A stretch of 64,000 bases of DNA from Marsupella aquatica (Eukaryota > Plantae > Marchantiophyta). Within the stretch, counting starts at the first letter, position 1. Every line of letters starts with the position of its first letter. This document shows positions 60,157 through 64,000 of this stretch, piece by piece. The stretch spans positions 4,095,241 to 4,159,240 of the forward strand of contig OZ316899.1 of NCBI GenBank assembly GCA_973895155.1, read 5' to 3'. The notes beneath the pieces were generated by a model. The model ran no database searches and was not told the DNA's origin. It worked only from the letters and a program-made list of their open reading frames with translations. Position numbers and translations under genes: made by a program.

Positions 60157-63100
60157 TGTCACGTCGTCAGCTTGGGCCTTAACCCGAGCTTTGGCTTAGA
60201 CAGGTACATCCTTTGTTAGTATGAGGATTCGGGCAGGGAGGGATGCGCGGAATGCACCTAACTCCCATAATCTAGCACTAAGTGCGTCTACTGTTACTTA
60301 TGTACACTTCCTATGTATGATTTGTGTTTTTAGCCGCCGGAACATACCTTAGTCAATAGCAGGATTGACCCCGACTTACGGGCTTCTACTGCGAATGTCC
60401 AACTCTGAGACTAAAAATCCCACTGCCTCTACCGAGGGGTGCACTAAATACTAAGGGCTGAGGACCGGAGTGGCCTTGTGCCCGAATATTCACTAACTAA
60501 GATCCTAACTAAGCTGGCTGTCAGGCCATAAAATGGCTTGTCTTATTAGAAGATTCTAATCTACGCAGGCTGGACAGTATGGCAGCGCCGCCTTAACTAG
60601 GGCAGGTGCTTGTCCCTATAGCCTGATTTAGCTACTCCTAACTCTATTTTAATCCTACTCTGCCGCTAATGCATGGCACGCTTGCCAGAGCTGCCCGAGT
60701 GGGAGCGGCTATCCCGCTGCCTCCTGAGTTTGTCGGCGTCCTACTTGAGTGTTGGACCTGGTCCAGCAGAGATTCATTCTCTTGCTTTGCCGCGTCCGTC
60801 TCCTCCGCGGCTTCTTGGCATGCCTCCTCCAGTTGCTGGGCGTCGCTTGTCAGCTTATCTACCAATTGGGCCTGCTTTGTGGCTTCTCCTTGAAGCCGCG
60901 TCACTTCCGCCTTCAGGGCATCAATCTCGGTTGTGTCCCGCTGGGCCTGAGCATTGGCCTCCTCTACATCCTTTTGCCAGCTGACGGCTTGCCCCTTCAA
61001 ACCGTCAATTTGGGTCCGGAGCCGTGCAATCTTGACATCCTTTCCGAACCCGGTCTGCTCTGCTAAGGATGCCCGGGCCCTAGCTTCGGCAACCTGATCC
61101 TCCGTGGCCGTTACCTGAGGTCGCAGTTGTTGGAGTTCAGTCTCAAGGGCCACCACTTAGTCCTTCAAGTGGGCAGACTCAACCTGATACCGCTCTATTC
61201 TCTGCCTAGCCTCAGCCTGCGCATGTCGTGCTTTCATGACCGCAACCAACTCCTGGTTGAAGAAGTAGGCCACCTTTCGGGCCATGTACTCCCTGGTATC
61301 CCTGGCAATTTGTTGAGAGAATCTCCCAACAACCCATACAAAAATGTGCCTAGTGCAAAGAGTTTTGGGTGGTCTAGACTATGCCCCTCTGGATTCGGGC
61401 AAGGACAGACCTCAGCCCGTGCCGGAGTTGGAGTGGAGACATCCAGCCCTTGAGGTCAGTCGGTCAAGGGGGCTGGGTCCACTGGGGCTGGGCGGTTCTC
61501 CTGCACAGCCGTGGGGGGTGGTGGGATCTCCTCGGCCACCGTAGTCTCGGGTTCGGGTCTGGCCTCTGCCAGCCCGACTTCAATCGGTTGACCCGGTTGA
61601 TTGCGTCCAGGGTCACGATAACCGCATCTACGGGTACGCTTGGTGGGGCGGCAGCGGCTGGTTGCGGGGCCGGGGTAGCAGGGCTTGCGGCTGCCAGACT
61701 TTGGGCCTTGGGTTGTGGTTGCCTCTCCTGAGCCGGGAATATCCACTTTGATGGGGTCAGCTCGGGCTCGTTGATACGTGGGAGGCTTTGGTGGTCAAAA
61801 TGGGCGTACCACTCGATGATGATCTTGATGTGGCTGGCAAAGTACGCCTTTCCCCCCAGGTATAAAGTCCTCCTTCTCCACTCCATCTCCTCGTGGAACT
61901 TCTTGACAAAGAAGGACGCTCACTTCCTAGGCCGGTAGTTCTCAACTCGTATGACCTGGGCGGCGGATATTTTGCCCCGTGGTTCCATCATGTGGAGGGC
62001 ATAACGCTGGAACTCCGGGATGAGGCATGTCCTCATCAAGAATCCGTTGTCCACTGCCCCCTTGGCCGAGAAGATAGAGGACTGATATTTGGCTCCCTTG
62101 CCCCTAGGAGCCCGCAACTCTACCCAGTTTATTCCTTTGGGTAGGCCGAAAATCATCTTTAGACGTGCCTCATTGAGACACATCACTCTCCCGTGCGCTC
62201 GGGTTTGTTGGCGGGCTTTTTCAAAGTTCTAAATAAACTCCGTCATATCTTGCCCGTAGTACCTGCTTCCATTCCAAGGGAGAGAGGCGAGGTGCTCAAA
62301 CCCTTGGGTCTTAAGGTAGCATGCATGCTTGGGGTGGAGGATGTTCTTGTGGACATTCTCCCCCATGCGATGCATGGTCAGCTTGGCCACCGCAACTGTG
62401 GCCAAAGGTAGCCCGGATATAGTTGCAGGTTCCTTTCTCTTCCTACCCCGAGACTGATTCCCGGGGTGACTTGAAGAGGGGGACATTTCCCCATCCTCCC
62501 TATCGGGTGCCGGTAGCGCTACCGCCGTAAGTATTGGTGCGGGGGCTGCTACAGTCACCGTGTTATCCCCTTGGGCTTGTTGTATTGGCGCCGGGTTGCT
62601 TGGCGCATGCTGATTTGCACCCGGCGGCCACCGGTTTAGGGGAGGGTGAGCCTCCTCGTCTTCAGAACTAATGTTCAACGCGTTTACCATGGATCGCACT
62701 CGGAGGGGTGGTGCAACCGGTGGTGGAGATCAGCCTGGCTGAGGCCGAGGTGGTGTTGGCGTGGATACTGATGAGTTGGCGCCGGTTGTAGCTGGAGGAG
62801 GCGCCATCAGATTCAGGAAGGTTGCGGGGAGGCCGAGTGAGGTCAAGATAGGTGATCCACCTGTGGATGCGGTACCAAACTGGTAGTCTATGGAGGCCTG
62901 GACTTTGGCGGGGATGTGATTGAAGTGGTGTTGTTGTAAGTCGATCGTGCTCAAGAGTGTGAAGACTTTATCCAGAAGCCAAAGGAGTGCCTCCTGGAAA
63001 CCAACGTACTTTGGACCGTCAAAGAAGTATTTGGATATCTTGTCGGGACGACAGAGGTTGCTCTAGAACGGGAGGCTGAAATCTCCGTTATAGTGAGAGC

Positions 63101-63716
63101 GCCCGGCGAGACGGATGAGTCATTCGTAATGCCTTTCGGTTTTGTATCGATGCGGATTGACCTTGGCTAGTGTCTTCGCTAAATGATTCCCAATGGATAG
63201 AAATTGAAGCCAAAACCAAAGGGCAGAATTGGACATAATAGTGACAGACATATAGGGGAAAGGCGGTGGATGACTAAAGAACAGATGAGTGAGCTGGGAT
63301 TGGAGCTGGCACAACGGGTGAAGTGCTGGTGCTTTGCGAGAGAATGGCCCGCCTTTTATACCCAGGGAGCTCGTCAGCCAAATGGCCCCCTCCTCCTTCT
63401 GATAGGCCGATCCTTTCACGCTTGCAATGTACCAGCCACTCCGCAAGTCCGGGTCAAAGCGTGTCAACGAGCCGCCCCTTTGACTCTTTATACGGACCCA
63501 AGGGGACATCCCTACACGCCCGAAACCCGGAGTCACAAATGGCGCTCTGCCGCCAGCCTGAGCGTAAATGCCCCTTATTAACTAATGATTCCCTAGTCAT
63601 AAGTACTACCTACTTAGTGTCGTTATGCTAATAACTATGGCCTATGGTGCCCCTAATGTGCGTGCTAAGCACGGGCTAGGCCAAATCAGTCATTAACCAT
63701 CATGTTGGCGGCGTCA
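60157..63716 (-). mobile_element. Family B TG..CA unit, copy 2 (3.56 kb), solo-LTR-like with internal ORF
   Basis: Ends tgtcacg / ggcgtca; interrupts the Sola-like frame (FSMR|..NVSIF); no internal LTR duplication; no clean TSD. Confidence 0.8.
60644..62954 (-). pseudogene. Family B accessory ORF (globular domain, Pro-rich linker, coiled coil)
   Basis: Pieces 62730-62954, 62229-62699, 61920-62186, 61464-61886 and 60644-61156; homologous to 82-1941. Confidence 0.7.
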
Positions 63717-64000
63717 TAGAGATATAATGTATCAATATTTTAGTATAAGTCTCATGTAAAGCAAGCTTGGGCTCCAGTTGGTGGAAAGTACATTGGGCAG
63801 CTGATCTGACAACAAATTCTCTCCTTTTGCCTAGTGGAGAGCTCTTAGCTAGATCCATTGGAGAGATTCACAAAAATCTAAAGAGATTATCCAATTTCTT
63901 AACCAATACCTTGATTTTTTTAGAAAGAGTTACACTAATGAGACATCAATAGCATATAAGGAAAGATTTCCTCTTGTGAGATATTGGGCAAGAATTGTGG
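63717..64000 (+). pseudogene. Sola-like transposase copy 2, fragment 4 (continues beyond the window)
   Basis: YKSHVKQAWAP..LLLPSGELLARSI aligns with YREKIDLPWLP..VFPSGNPLSKQM of ORF 5609-5995. Confidence 0.75.

Noticed and set aside
62760-62800. ctgatgag as a hammerhead ribozyme core (retrozyme)
   Set aside because: No matching GAAA-stem and cleavage-triplet arrangement could be built.
60157-63716. Family B as a tyrosine-recombinase (DIRS/Ngaro) element
   Set aside because: No YR or RT motifs, no split or inverted terminal repeats; TG..CA ends favour LTR origin.
1-64000. tRNA, rRNA or conserved host genes
   Set aside because: None recognised; nearly all of the window is accounted for by transposable elements.

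Overview
This window is a gene-free, deeply nested transposon landscape from a eukaryote. GT-AG introns, Copia/Gypsy/L1 elements and ORF types point to a seedless land plant such as a bryophyte (inference). Most boundaries are fixed by terminal repeats and target-site duplications (TSDs). Left to right: (1) an LTR-like unit (family B) split by (2) a 17.1-kb TIR DNA transposon (2694-19840). Element 2 carries a Sola-like DDD/E transposase, a ParB-like + amino-methyltransferase-like + Ulp1 polyprotein, an NIF/FCP1-like gene and a solo LTR. (3) A second solo LTR of that family, containing a complete Copia, which in turn contains an L1 LINE, plus a MITE. (4) A Gypsy remnant carrying a C5-cytosine DNA methyltransferase domain. 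(5) A second Sola-like transposase gene broken into four pieces over 26 kb. The inserts are a gene-bearing TG..CA unit (itself holding a very young non-autonomous Athila-like element), an 11.9-kb Mutator-like element with an 8-bp TSD, and a second family-B unit. Best candidate for an undescribed system: two unrelated DNA transposons each encode a ParB-like domain joined to a beta-class N4/N6-methyltransferase-like domain. Each is also studded, only within its own family, with about 14-16 copies of a private N3-spaced palindrome (CYACRCGA-N3-TCGTGTAG versus TAGCGC-N3-GCGCTA), concentrated in introns and intergenic DNA. This suggests a self-recognition, self-marking or anti-silencing system (inference). 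Nearly all coding sequences are pseudogenised. Domain calls come from motif recognition by eye; no searches were run.
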